Shown here piece by piece: positions 44,853-55,015 of a stretch of 64,000 nucleotides of DNA. This stretch comes from Candidatus Aminicenantales bacterium (lineage in GTDB: Bacteria; Acidobacteriota; Aminicenantia; Aminicenantales; Saccharicenantaceae). Under the pieces are notes generated by a model. It saw nothing but the letters and a program-made list of their open reading frames with translations. It was not told the DNA's origin and did no database searches. Numbering within the stretch: position 1 is the first letter of the stretch; each line of letters begins with the position of its first letter. The position numbers and the translations under genes are program-made. The stretch is taken from assembly GCA_049512315.1 (NCBI GenBank), contig JBEKXF010000001.1, positions 62,001 through 126,000 of the forward strand. The letters are read 5' to 3'.

Positions 44853-46601
44853 TTGTCGAAAAGAGAGACCCTCGAATCCTGGAAGGAGATCTCTGCTTAT
44901 CTCCTTCGTAAACCCAGGACCTGCCAGCGATGGGAGATCGAATTCTGCCTTCCCGTCCACAGACTGGACGGGTCGCCCCGGGCCCGCGTCTACGCTTTCA
45001 AGGACGAGCTGGACAGCTGGCTAGACAAAAGGCTCCACGAAACGGATGCCGCCGAGCTGGCCTCGGACGCTCTTGGCTCTTCTCCTGCAGGCCTCATGGG
45101 ATGGCAGATGCTCCGACGAAAGGCCCGCCGGACCGCAGGCTTCGGGAAACCGTGCGTGGCGATCATCTATTTCGTGAATAAAACGGGAGACGGGCGTCTC
45201 GACTATTTGAGCGAAAGCCTTCCCGCACACCTGATCCATGACCTCCAGCGTGCCTCCGACCAGGTCACCTTCGTGAGTCTCGGCCGGATTCTCGATGTCG
45301 CGAATCAACTCGGCCTGGTGCCGACCGGAAGCCCGTCTCCGGCGGATTTCCAAGCCGTCTTCGCCAGAACCCGGGCCAGCCATATTCTTCAGGGCGATTT
45401 TAGCTCCGTCAGGGATGGCCTGACCGTCCAATGCAGGCTCGAGGACGGCCGGACCCGAAAAACCATCCCCATTGGCCCTGTCGCCGGATCCTTGAACGAG
45501 ATCGTCAGCCTCCGGGATCGGCTGACCGAAAAAATCCTGGCGGTGTTTAACGTCCATCCCCCCGAATCGACCGGGCCCAAGGCCCAAGGGTTGCCCCAAG
45601 CCGTCCGGTTTTGTGAGATGGGGAGAATCGCCGAACGAAAATATTTCGTCGGCCGGTCAGCCCGCGACCTGGCTGTGGCCATTAAAATGTTCATGAAGGC
45701 CAGGAATGAGGACCCCGGCTGCGTGGTGGCTTACCTGGGCTTGGGGGATGCTTACCGTTGGCAGCGCACCTTCGAAAGGACAACGAAGGCCGATCTTGAC
45801 TCGATCGCCGAGAATTATCAGAAGGCCTATGATATCAATCCCGACTTGCCGGAAACGAACATCGGACTCGGCTGGAACCGATATTTTCAGCGGGACCTTG
45901 TCGGGGCTTATCACCATTTCAAACGGGCCATGGACATCGACCCGGCCAACCTCCAGATAAACTTTGATATCGGCTGCTTCATGATGTGTGCCGGCCAGCA
46001 CTTGAAGGCCATTCAATACTTCTCGAAAACCATTCTCATGGCGGAGGTCTCATCCCGTGTTTATCGAATGCGGGCGCGCTGTTCGGAGCTTGTCGGGGAC
46101 TATGCCTCCGCCCTCGACGATTCAGATACGATCATGGAGTTGGAACCGATGGATTGCGCCCTGCGCTGCCAACGGGTCAGGCTGCTTATCCTGATGAAGC
46201 GGCCGTCCGAGGCGGCGACGGATTTCGGCATTGCCGAAGCCCTTTCGCCCAGCAGCCCGGCGGTGCGGGTGACCAGGGTCCTGTGGTGGGCCGCGCAAGG
46301 CAAAAAAGATAAGGCCCTAGGCGCTCTGGCGGCCGATAGTGGAAAATTGATGATCGACACCTACACCGAATCCAGGGTCTATGCTGTTTTCGGGCTCCAG
46401 GCTCAGGCGCTGGCCGCCATCGAGGGGGCCATCGATACGGAGTTCGGCGAATTTCCCTTCTGTCGTTACAGCTACCTCTATCTCGACAACCCGAAGGACT
46501 TTTTCTACGACGGGCTCCGTGATCACCCCCGCTTCAAGAGGATTCTCGAAGCACGCAAGCGTTCTTATGAAGAACAGGTCGCGCTCTTCAGTGGATTGTG
46601 A
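44853..46601 (+). CDS. N-terminal HTH, TolB-N-like domain and TPR protein
   Basis: LESWKEISAYL.RKPRTCQRWE...LPVHR..VYA..DELD.W; VAIIYFVNKTGD..LDYL; multiple TPRs; LRDHPRF end. Confidence 0.75.
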   Translation: MSKRETLESWKEISAYLLRKPRTCQRWEIEFCLPVHRLDGSPRARVYAFKDELDSWLDKRLHETDAAELASDALGSSPAGLMGWQMLRRKARRTAGFGKPCVAIIYFVNKTGDGRLDYLSESLPAHLIHDLQRASDQVTFVSLGRILDVANQLGLVPTGSPSPADFQAVFARTRASHILQGDFSSVRDGLTVQCRLEDGRTRKTIPIGPVAGSLNEIVSLRDRLTEKILAVFNVHPPESTGPKAQGLPQAVRFCEMGRIAERKYFVGRSARDLAVAIKMFMKARNEDPGCVVAYLGLGDAYRWQRTFERTTKADLDSIAENYQKAYDINPDLPETNIGLGWNRYFQRDLVGAYHHFKRAMDIDPANLQINFDIGCFMMCAGQHLKAIQYFSKTILMAEVSSRVYRMRARCSELVGDYASALDDSDTIMELEPMDCALRCQRVRLLILMKRPSEAATDFGIAEALSPSSPAVRVTRVLWWAAQGKKDKALGALAADSGKLMIDTYTESRVYAVFGLQAQALAAIEGAIDTEFGEFPFCRYSYLYLDNPKDFFYDGLRDHPRFKRILEARKRSYEEQVALFSGL

Positions 46602-46909
46602 GGCCGCTGGACGGCGGGCTTCCCCGCGCGCATCGGGACTTTCGGGATATCCAACATTCTGGCAATCGCCGCCTTTTTCCGAATAGCCCGGGCCTCTCCG
46701 CATTTCCCGTTTTTTGTATAGGCTGACTCTTCCTCAAGCTCGGCAGAGCCTTGGTCCGGTCGTTTTTTTTGGCCATAAAACGACGAAAAGCGATATCGTA
46801 TGCCATAAAGTGACAAACCGGTCCGCCCTCTTGCCTATCGTTCCTGCCCCGCCGATAGTTAAATCGAGCGTGTCGATCCGACAGAAGCGCCTATTTGGCG
46901 AGGGGGAGA

Positions 46910-48058
46910 ATGGGAGTTTTGAGCAAGCGTCGTGGAGGAAGGCGGATCTTCCGCATGCGGGCCAGAGTTTCAGTGCTGCGCCTGGCGTTCTTTCTGATGC
47001 TCTTGCCAATGTTGTTCGTCCCCCCGGGTTTGATTCCGACTCTCGACCTCATCGGCGGGCCCAAGACCGGGAACGGACTAGCGACGGAGTCATCCTTTAT
47101 CGGTCGCGCTTTCGAAAAAGAACCGGCTGCGGAGGGTTGGAACCTGACCTATACGTGGCGGGATATTGAAGGCCGTCCCTTCAGGGTTTCTTTCTCCATC
47201 CCGCGCCCGGCGCTTGAGGACTCTGAGCGGAGCTTCGGCTATGTGCGGTCGGAGCTCGAAGAGGACATCGCCCGGCTCGAGTCCGAGCTCAGGCAGACCC
47301 GGGAGCTCTCGCCCAAGGTCAAGGCCCTGGAACTCGCTTCCCGAAGCCCTTACGCGGAATTCTTCGAAGTCCGGGAAGAGCCTTCGGGAGAGGTCAGGTT
47401 CATCGGTGCCCCGGGAAAAACCCTTCCGCCGGAGGCCGCCGTCGAAATCAACAAATTGCAGGTGCGCCTGGATGCGGAGTGGATGCCCTGCCATGAAAAT
47501 ATCAAGAAACAGTTATGGAAGCGGACCGATGCCTATCTTAAAGAACGAGGCCTGGTCAGATCAAAAAATGTCATCGGGGTCCGTTACGACGAGCTCATCC
47601 GCCGTTATCAGTCCTGCCTCAGGCCGCTCGCCGAGGAAATCAGAAAAGGCCGCGAATCCCAGGGCGGGGGAAATGACCTCGAGGCCGTTCTTTCCTTTGT
47701 CCAGGCCATCCCATCAAGGGAAATCCCGATGGAAAAGGACGGCCGCTACATCGCCGGACTCGCTGTCCCCCTGAGCGTCCTCGTTGAGGACACCGGCAAC
47801 TGCGGTTCAAAGGCCGTGCTGTTCGCCGCGATCTGGAGGAATTTGCACGGGAACCCCCTGGCCCTCATCAAAGTCCCCAACCACATGCTCGTCGGGGTCG
47901 CCGCGCCGTTCACCGCGGGGACGTCCATCGTCCTAAACTCCGCCAGGTATCTCCTTTGCGAGATGTGCCCCAGCGAACCTGCCCCTGCGGGCGTCATATC
48001 GGACTATTCCGCGTCATGCCTCCGGAAGGGGCAAGTCAAGTACGTCCTGATCCGGTGA
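46910..48058 (+). CDS. Membrane-anchored transglutaminase-like (Cys-His) protein
   Basis: TM segment; LSFVQAIP...GNCGSKAVLF...HMLVGV. Confidence 0.55.
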   Translation: MGVLSKRRGGRRIFRMRARVSVLRLAFFLMLLPMLFVPPGLIPTLDLIGGPKTGNGLATESSFIGRAFEKEPAAEGWNLTYTWRDIEGRPFRVSFSIPRPALEDSERSFGYVRSELEEDIARLESELRQTRELSPKVKALELASRSPYAEFFEVREEPSGEVRFIGAPGKTLPPEAAVEINKLQVRLDAEWMPCHENIKKQLWKRTDAYLKERGLVRSKNVIGVRYDELIRRYQSCLRPLAEEIRKGRESQGGGNDLEAVLSFVQAIPSREIPMEKDGRYIAGLAVPLSVLVEDTGNCGSKAVLFAAIWRNLHGNPLALIKVPNHMLVGVAAPFTAGTSIVLNSARYLLCEMCPSEPAPAGVISDYSASCLRKGQVKYVLIR

Positions 48059-48179
48059 GCGCGCCGGCGGGAGCATCCGTCAAGTTTCTCGTCGTCCCCA
48101 TCCAATCCGGCGGTCGATGAGGCCAGTCCTTTTTCCAGCAGCTGAAGCGGGCGAATCTCGAATCTATCCTCGTGTCAGC

Positions 48180-50198
48180 CTATTCCGATAATCTCTCCGC
48201 GACGATCTGGGCGATGTCCTTGACCTTGATGTCTTCGCGGCCCTTGTCCTTGAGCCCGTCCCGGAGCATGGTCAGGCAGAAGGGGCAGGCCGCCGCCGCT
48301 AAGCCCGCTCCTGACTTGATGACCTCATCGACGCGCAGGTGATTGATCCGCTGGCCGAGGGATTCCTCGGTCCACATCAGCCCGCCGCCCGCGCCGCAGC
48401 AGAAGCTCGCGTCGCCGTGCCTGGCAAGCTCCTTCTTTTTTCCGCCCAAGGCCGAGGCGAGGACCGCTCTCGGTTCCTTCGTCAAGCCGTTGTGCCGGCC
48501 GAGGTAGCAGGGGTCGTGATAGGTGTAAAGGCCGGCGCTCTGGCAATTCAGCGGCAGCTTCCCCGATGCGATGAGCCTATGGATGAGCTCGACGTGGGTT
48601 ACGACCTCGATCGCCCGCAGCCGCTCCTTGTCTTCCGGCGTCAGGCCGGGCAAGAAATCCAGGAGCTTCGGATACTCGTGCTTGAAGGTGTTGTAGCCGT
48701 GCGGGCAGATGATCACGATCTTCTTGACATTGCGCGCCTTGAAGAGGGCGATATTCTCCTGGGCCAGGCTCTGGAAGAGGTATTCGTTGCCGAGCCGCCT
48801 GGCTGAATCGCCGCAGCATTTTTCCTCCGCGCCCAAGGTCCCGAATTTGATCCCGGCCTTATTGAGGATGGTGACCAGGGCCCGGGCCGTCTTTTTGCCT
48901 TCCTCGTCGTAGGCGCCCATGCAGCCGACCCAAAACAGGCATTCGGCGTCCGGCGCATCAGCGAGGAGCCTCACTCCCAGGCCTTCCGCCCAGTCGGCCC
49001 GTTTGGTGAAGCCGATGCCCCAGGGGTTGGAGTTCGTTTCGATGTTCCGGAAAAAGGCGTTGAGCTCCTGGGGGAACTTGCTGTGCATGAGGACCTGACT
49101 TCTGCGCGCTCCCACGATTTTGGCGATGTGTTCGATCTCGACCGGACATTCCTTCATGCAGGCCCCGCAGGTCGTGCAGGTCCAGATCTCGCCCTCCGTG
49201 AAGGTCCCCGGAACGAGTTCCTTGAGGCTATCGCGCTTTTTGGCTAACACGGCCCTGTTATTGGCCAGCAGGGCTTTCTCCATGTTGAACATGATCATCT
49301 TGGGGGAGAGGGGCTTGCCGCTGGCGAAGGCCGGGCAGGCGTCCTGGCAGCGGCCGCATTCCATGCAGGCGAAGGCGTCGAGGTTGTCCTTCCAGGTGAA
49401 GTCCGGGAGCTTCTCGACGCCGAAGACCTCGGACTTTTCGAGGTCGAGGGCCTTGAGCTCGCCGCTCATTGTGTCGCGCCGAAAGAAAACATTGACCGGG
49501 CCGGCGATCATGTGGAGATATTTGGAGTGCGGGACATAGCCGATGAACGCGTAGACGGCGACAATATGGGCCCACCAAGAGATCTTAAAGTGGGAGGCGA
49601 TGACATCGGCGCCAAGACCGGCGTTCTTGATCGCACCGGCCAGGCAGCTTCCCAGGAAGGAAAGCCGCGCCGTGTCCGGGTGGTGGGCGATGGCAAAGCC
49701 TTCGAAATAGAGATAGGTGAAGGTGGCCAGCGTGATCAGCGTGTAAATCAGCGCCGAGTCGCCCTTCGTCGTTTCGTAAGCCTTGGGTCGGATGATGAAA
49801 CGCCGGAAGGCGAGGAACAGGACGCCGATCATGACGGCGATGGCGGCGACGTCGATGAGGAGGGAGAAGAAGAGCCCGAACTTCGTGTCGCCGAAAAGGT
49901 AGAAGCCGCTGAAAAAGCCCTCCAGGGTGTGGTTGACGGTCATGGTGTCAAAGGACAGGGCGCTATAAAAGATGAAGACGTGCATGAGGCCGGTGAAGAG
50001 GCGCTCGTCGCGCAACGTGCAGCGTTGGAAAAGGACCTTGACCAAGGCATGACGGAATCTTTTCCAGAGATCCTTGAACCGGGCCTCCGGCTGGCCCGCG
50101 CGGATGATCCTGTAGCGCCTGATGAGCGGCAGGAAAAACGCCGCCGCCGTAGCCAGGATCATGAGACACAAGATGGCCTTTTCCAAACTCGTCAGCAT
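48180..50198 (-). CDS. Membrane-bound Fe-S oxidoreductase (FadF/HdrD-like, CCG domains)
   Basis: TM helices; CMECGRCQDACP and CTTCGACMKECP; CCG, HDPCYLGRHN, CCGAGGG. Confidence 0.88.
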   Translation of the reverse strand: MLTSLEKAILCLMILATAAAFFLPLIRRYRIIRAGQPEARFKDLWKRFRHALVKVLFQRCTLRDERLFTGLMHVFIFYSALSFDTMTVNHTLEGFFSGFYLFGDTKFGLFFSLLIDVAAIAVMIGVLFLAFRRFIIRPKAYETTKGDSALIYTLITLATFTYLYFEGFAIAHHPDTARLSFLGSCLAGAIKNAGLGADVIASHFKISWWAHIVAVYAFIGYVPHSKYLHMIAGPVNVFFRRDTMSGELKALDLEKSEVFGVEKLPDFTWKDNLDAFACMECGRCQDACPAFASGKPLSPKMIMFNMEKALLANNRAVLAKKRDSLKELVPGTFTEGEIWTCTTCGACMKECPVEIEHIAKIVGARRSQVLMHSKFPQELNAFFRNIETNSNPWGIGFTKRADWAEGLGVRLLADAPDAECLFWVGCMGAYDEEGKKTARALVTILNKAGIKFGTLGAEEKCCGDSARRLGNEYLFQSLAQENIALFKARNVKKIVIICPHGYNTFKHEYPKLLDFLPGLTPEDKERLRAIEVVTHVELIHRLIASGKLPLNCQSAGLYTYHDPCYLGRHNGLTKEPRAVLASALGGKKKELARHGDASFCCGAGGGLMWTEESLGQRINHLRVDEVIKSGAGLAAAACPFCLTMLRDGLKDKGREDIKVKDIAQIVAERLSE

Positions 50199-50473
50199 GA
50201 CGGGTCTCCTGTTCTGCTTTGGCGCCCCTTTTTTACAGGTTTGCGGGTCGGGTGTCAAGGAATGAGGGATAGTCCCCTCCCAGGGGGGACGTCCTCGCTT
50301 AGCCCAGTTGTTGGAGAGGGCTGAAGGGTCATGGCCGGAAAGTCATGTGCGGTTTTACGCAAACCGCACTCTGGAGTGAAGGCCATCCCCGAGGCCCTCT
50401 GCATCTTCTCCTCTTAACACCCGGAAGAGAAACGCTTATAATGAGGCTCCCTTGGCAGGTTGAAAGGAAACCC

Positions 50474-51877
50474 ATGGTCGAGAAAAGAAACATCGTCATC
50501 ATCGGAGGAGGCCCCGGGGGTTACCTGGCCGCCTTGCGGGGCGCCCAGCTCAAGAAAAAGATCACACTCATCGAGGAAGACAGGGTGGGCGGAACCTGCA
50601 TCAATTACGGCTGCATCCCGACGAAATACCTCCTCCACCAGACCAAGATCTTCAATGAAATCAGTGGGTTGAAGACTCTCCAGGGCCCCGTTGACCGAAT
50701 CTCGATGGACTGGAAAAGGGTCCAGGAGGGCCGGGTGTCGGTCGTCGACCGGCTCGTCAACGGGATCGTCTTTCTTCTCGAAAAAGGCAAAGTCGAGATC
50801 GTTAAGGGAACGGCCCGGCTCCGGGCGGACAAGACCATAACGGTCCGGAGGGCGGAAGGGGAGAAGGCCTACGAAGCGGAAAAGGTCATCGTGGCCACGG
50901 GAAGCCGGGCCGCGAGCCTGCCTTTTCTCAAGCCGGACGGCCGGAACGTCGTGACCAGCACCGAGGCCCTGGAGTTCGTAGAGGTCCCGAAGAGCCTGCT
51001 CGTCATCGGTGCCGGCGCCATCGGCCTTGAGATCGGCTCGATTTACCAGAGGCTGGGGTCGGATGTGACCGTCATCGAAATCCTGCCCACAATTCTGCCG
51101 GGTTCGGACAAGGAAACGGCTGCCCGCCTCGACCGGGTGTTCAAGAAGCAAGGGCCCAAAGTCCTCACCCAGATGCGGATCGAGGCAGCGAAGGTCGAAG
51201 AAAGCAACGTGATGCTCAAGGGCACCTGCCTGAGGACGAACGCGCCCTTCGAATATGCGGCGGAAAAGGTCCTGCTCGCCGCGGGCCGGAGGCCGGCGAC
51301 CGAGAATCTTTTCGAGGGGCCGCCCTTCCTCGAGTTGGACCGGGCCGGGTTCATCAAGGTGAGCGCGAAGCTTGAAACGAGCGTGCCCGGGATCTACGCG
51401 ATCGGCGACGTCATCGGCGGCAAGCTCCTGGCCCACAAGGCCTACCATGATGCCGTCGTCGCCGTCGAAAACGCCTCCGGCTTCGAGAGAACGGTGGATG
51501 ACACTGCCGTGCCCATGGCCGTCTTCACGGAGCCGGAGTTCGCCTCGGTCGGGTTGACGACGGAAGAGGCCGCCGAACGGGGGATCAAGATCCAGACGGG
51601 GGTTTTCCCTCTTCAGGCGAGCGGCCGGGCCATGACCATGGACGCCACGGACGGCATGGTCAAGATCATCGCCGACGAATCGGACCGGGTGATCGGCGCT
51701 CACATCCTCGCGCCGGGCGCCTCCGACCTGATCCCCGAGCTGACCATGGCCGTCTCTAAGGGCCTGAAGCTTGCCGATGTCGCTTCCTTGATCTACATCC
51801 ACCCCTCGTTGTCAGAGACAATCGGCGAAGCGGCCCTGAAGGCCAAGGGCGAAGCCCTGCATATTCTCAATACATAA
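50474..51877 (+). CDS. lpdA: Dihydrolipoyl dehydrogenase
   Basis: GGGPGGY, GGTCINYGCIP, GAGAIGLE, HPSLSE. Confidence 0.93.
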   Translation: MVEKRNIVIIGGGPGGYLAALRGAQLKKKITLIEEDRVGGTCINYGCIPTKYLLHQTKIFNEISGLKTLQGPVDRISMDWKRVQEGRVSVVDRLVNGIVFLLEKGKVEIVKGTARLRADKTITVRRAEGEKAYEAEKVIVATGSRAASLPFLKPDGRNVVTSTEALEFVEVPKSLLVIGAGAIGLEIGSIYQRLGSDVTVIEILPTILPGSDKETAARLDRVFKKQGPKVLTQMRIEAAKVEESNVMLKGTCLRTNAPFEYAAEKVLLAAGRRPATENLFEGPPFLELDRAGFIKVSAKLETSVPGIYAIGDVIGGKLLAHKAYHDAVVAVENASGFERTVDDTAVPMAVFTEPEFASVGLTTEEAAERGIKIQTGVFPLQASGRAMTMDATDGMVKIIADESDRVIGAHILAPGASDLIPELTMAVSKGLKLADVASLIYIHPSLSETIGEAALKAKGEALHILNT

Positions 51878-51938
51878 ATATTGAGCCGTTGAAAAATCTA
51901 GGCCGTTTCTATACAATCGATGCGGTTTTGAAGGCCCG

Positions 51939-52283
51939 ATGCTGGAGCTAGCCCTATCCTTCCTCGTTTTCGGACTGCTCGCCCTCGTCATGCTCTTCAT
52001 GAACTCCCTTCTCGGGCCGAAGAAGCCCAACCCGGCCCGCGAAAAGCCCTTCGAGTGCGGGAGCCCCTACCTCCAAAAGGACATCCATCCGGTCCGCATC
52101 CCGTTCTTTCTTGTCGCGCTCCTCTTCCTCCTTCTCGATGTCGAGGCCGTTTTCCTCTTTCCCCTGGCCCTCGCGTTCCGCGGTCACGGGCTCGCCGGAT
52201 TCGCCGCCGTCGCGAGCTACGTCCTCATCCTCGCCCTGGGATTCGTCTACGCCTGGAAGAAAGGGATCTTCGACTGGTCATGA
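51939..52283 (+). CDS. nuoA: Complex I subunit A
   Basis: PFECG, FLLLDVE, YAWKKG..DW. Confidence 0.92.
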   Translation: MLELALSFLVFGLLALVMLFMNSLLGPKKPNPAREKPFECGSPYLQKDIHPVRIPFFLVALLFLLLDVEAVFLFPLALAFRGHGLAGFAAVASYVLILALGFVYAWKKGIFDWS

Positions 52284-52756
52284 GCGGCACCGATTTCCTG
52301 ACGACGCGCTTCGACACCGCCGTCGGCTGGGCCAGAAAATTTTCGCTGTTCCACTATCCGTTCATCACGGCTTGCTGCGGCATGGAATACATGTCGACGG
52401 CCTGCGCCCATTTCGACATCGACCGTTTCGGGGCGGGTCTGACCCGGTTTTCGCCCCGGCAGGCCGACCTGCTTCTCGTCGTCGGCACGGTCAGCCACAA
52501 GCTCGCCCCGGTGCTCAAGACCGTTTACGAGCAGATGGTGGAACCCAAGTGGGTCATTGCCTTCGGGGCCTGCGCCGTGAGCGGCGGAATCTATCAGAAT
52601 TACGCCGCCGTCCAGGGCATCGACAGGATCATCCCGGTGGACGTTTACATCCCAGGCTGCCCGCCACGGCCCGAGATGGTCCTCGACGGCCTCCTGAAGC
52701 TCCAGGAGAAAATCCAAAAACAGCCACAGGACTGGAGATGGAGAAGGAAAACCTGA
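52280..52756 (+). CDS. nuoB: Complex I subunit B
   Basis: [25 protein letters not shown]. Confidence 0.94.
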   Translation: MSGTDFLTTRFDTAVGWARKFSLFHYPFITACCGMEYMSTACAHFDIDRFGAGLTRFSPRQADLLLVVGTVSHKLAPVLKTVYEQMVEPKWVIAFGACAVSGGIYQNYAAVQGIDRIIPVDVYIPGCPPRPEMVLDGLLKLQEKIQKQPQDWRWRRKT

Positions 52757-53217
52757 TCGAAGAGATCCGGAAACGTTTCCCGGCCGAGATCGAATCCGAT
52801 ATAGAAACGCTCGGCGACCAGATCCTTGTCGTCCGGAGAGAAGGCCTGATCGCCGTGATGTCCGGCCTCCGGGCCGCGCCCTTCGATTACGCCGTTCTTC
52901 TCGACCTGACCTGCGTCGATTTCCTGGCTACAGAAAACCGCTTCGAAATGGTCTATCACCTGTTTTCTCTGAGCCGCAACCGGCGCCTCAGGATCAAGGC
53001 GTCCCTGCCCGCCGAGGCCCCCGTCGTGGATTCGCTCGTCGGGCTCTGGAAAAATGCCGATTGGCTCGAGCGTGAGGTCTTTGACATGTTCGGCGTCGGG
53101 TTCATGGGGCACCCCGACCTCCGGCGGATCCTGATGTATGAGGGGTTCGAGGGCCACCCGCTCCGCAAGAGTTATCCTTGGCGGAAAGAGCAGCCTTTGA
53201 TTCCGATGAAGGACTGA
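52738..53217 (+). CDS. nuoC: Complex I subunit C
   Basis: [23 protein letters not shown]...GHPLRK. Confidence 0.92.
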   Translation: MEKENLIEEIRKRFPAEIESDIETLGDQILVVRREGLIAVMSGLRAAPFDYAVLLDLTCVDFLATENRFEMVYHLFSLSRNRRLRIKASLPAEAPVVDSLVGLWKNADWLEREVFDMFGVGFMGHPDLRRILMYEGFEGHPLRKSYPWRKEQPLIPMKD

Positions 53218-53218
53218 G

Positions 53219-54544
53219 ATGGAGTCGAGAATCCAGAAGGAGGCCCGGCCGGACACGATGCTCCTCAACATGGGCCCGTCGCACCCCGCCATGCACGGGA
53301 CCTTCCGGATCATGCTCGAGCTCGAGGGCGAGAAAATTCTCAACGCCGAGGTCGAGATCGGATACCTCCACCGCGGCTTCGAGAAAACCTGCGAGAACAA
53401 GACCTATTTCAACCTGCTGCCCTACACGGACCGGCTGAATTACGTTTCGCCGCAGATCAACAACCTGGGCTACGCTATGACCATGGAGAAAATGCTGGGG
53501 ATCGCGGTCCCGGAACGGGCCCAGCAGATCCGGGTCTTGATGAGCGAGCTCTCCCGCGTCTCGGACCATCTGACCTGCCTGGCCGCCATGGCCATGGAGA
53601 ACGGCGCCTTCACCGTTTTCCTCTATATGATGAAGGCCAGGGAATTCCTCTGGGACGTCATCGAGTTCACCTCGGGGTCCCGGATGACGACCTCCTACAT
53701 CCGGATCGGCGGGGTGAGGGCCGACCTCAGCGAAGGATGGCGGGATTCGGTCAGGACAGCCGTCGTCGAAACGCGCCGCGTCCTCAAGGACGTCCACGGG
53801 CTCCTCGACAAGAACCAGATCTTCCTCAACCGGACCCGGGGCATCGGTGCGATCTCGAAAGAGGACGCGCTTTCTTACGGCTGGACCGGCCCCTGCCTTC
53901 GCTCGACCGGCACCCTCTACGACGTGCGCAAAGCTCAGCCCTACTTGATCTACGACCGGTTGGATTTCGACGTCCCGCTCGGCGAGCACGGCGACAACTA
54001 CGACCGATACATGGTCCGGATGCGGGAGATGGAGCAGAGCCTGTGGCTCATCGAGCAGGTCGCGGGCCTTATCGAGGACAAGAAGCCAAGGGCCAAGGCC
54101 GAGGAAATCGAGCCGACCGAGGCCGTCCGGATCGGGCGGCTGCAAAAGCCGCTCCAGAAAATCCGGCTCTCGCCAAACCTCGAAGGATCGGAGAAGGAGC
54201 GCTATCCGGAGATCTTGACCGGCGACGCGCCCGTCGCGGTCCCGCCGAAGGAAGACACCTACACGACCATGGAAGGCCTCATCAGCCATTTTCTTTTCTT
54301 CATGAAGGGCTACGGCATCCGGCCGCCCAAGGGCGACGTCTATTTCTCGGTCGAAGGCGGGAACGGCGAGGTCGGGTTCTACATCGTTTCCGATGGGACG
54401 GACCGCCCTTATCGCCTTCATCTCCGGGCGCCGTGCTTTCACATCATCTCGGCCATCGAGCAGCTCATCAGGGGCCGGTTCGTCGCAGACATTGTCCCGA
54501 CCTTCGGGTCGATGAACATGATCGGGGGGGAGCTCGACCGATGA
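53219..54544 (+). CDS. nuoD: Complex I subunit D
   Basis: NMGPSHPAMHG, GYLHRG.EK, C-terminal GELDR; no NiFe CxxC motifs. Confidence 0.94.
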   Translation: MESRIQKEARPDTMLLNMGPSHPAMHGTFRIMLELEGEKILNAEVEIGYLHRGFEKTCENKTYFNLLPYTDRLNYVSPQINNLGYAMTMEKMLGIAVPERAQQIRVLMSELSRVSDHLTCLAAMAMENGAFTVFLYMMKAREFLWDVIEFTSGSRMTTSYIRIGGVRADLSEGWRDSVRTAVVETRRVLKDVHGLLDKNQIFLNRTRGIGAISKEDALSYGWTGPCLRSTGTLYDVRKAQPYLIYDRLDFDVPLGEHGDNYDRYMVRMREMEQSLWLIEQVAGLIEDKKPRAKAEEIEPTEAVRIGRLQKPLQKIRLSPNLEGSEKERYPEILTGDAPVAVPPKEDTYTTMEGLISHFLFFMKGYGIRPPKGDVYFSVEGGNGEVGFYIVSDGTDRPYRLHLRAPCFHIISAIEQLIRGRFVADIVPTFGSMNMIGGELDR

Positions 54545-55014
54545 AATTTTCCCTGTCCGCCGAGAGCGCGCGAAAGGTCGAGGAGCTCGTCCGCCGCTAC
54601 CCGAGGAAAGAGGCCGCCCTCCTTCCGGTCCTCCACGTTGTCCAAAGGGAAAAGGGTTTCATCTCCCCGGAGGCGGAAGAGTGGATCGCGGCGACGCTCG
54701 GCATTCCGGCCCTCCAGGTCCGGGAAGTGCTCTCTTTCTACACTCTCCTCCGCCGTAAGACTGCGGGGAAATATGTCATCCAGGTCTGCCGGAATATCAG
54801 CTGCTACCTTGCCGGGGCCGAGGACATCCTCAAGTATCTCGAGATAAAGCTCGGCGTCCGGGCGGGTGCGACCACGCCGGACGGGAGATACACTCTGCTG
54901 GCCGTCGAATGCCTCGGCAACTGCGACCACGCTCCCTGCCTGATGGTCAACGATGAAGATTATGGGCCCGTCAGTAAGGACGCTGTCGACGGAATTTTTA
55001 TGGGGCTTAGCTAA
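54541..55014 (+). CDS. nuoE: Complex I subunit E
   Basis: VCRNISC...ECLGNCDHAP. Confidence 0.92.
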   Translation: MKFSLSAESARKVEELVRRYPRKEAALLPVLHVVQREKGFISPEAEEWIAATLGIPALQVREVLSFYTLLRRKTAGKYVIQVCRNISCYLAGAEDILKYLEIKLGVRAGATTPDGRYTLLAVECLGNCDHAPCLMVNDEDYGPVSKDAVDGIFMGLS

Positions 55015-55015
55015 T

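Noticed and set aside
50315..50400. SRP (4.5S) or 6S RNA
   Set aside because: The SRP helix-8 motif was not found and the structure is too short for 6S; kept only as an unassigned structure
53219..54544. Group 4 NiFe hydrogenase large subunit
   Set aside because: Lacks the N- and C-terminal CxxC Ni ligands; has NuoD motifs
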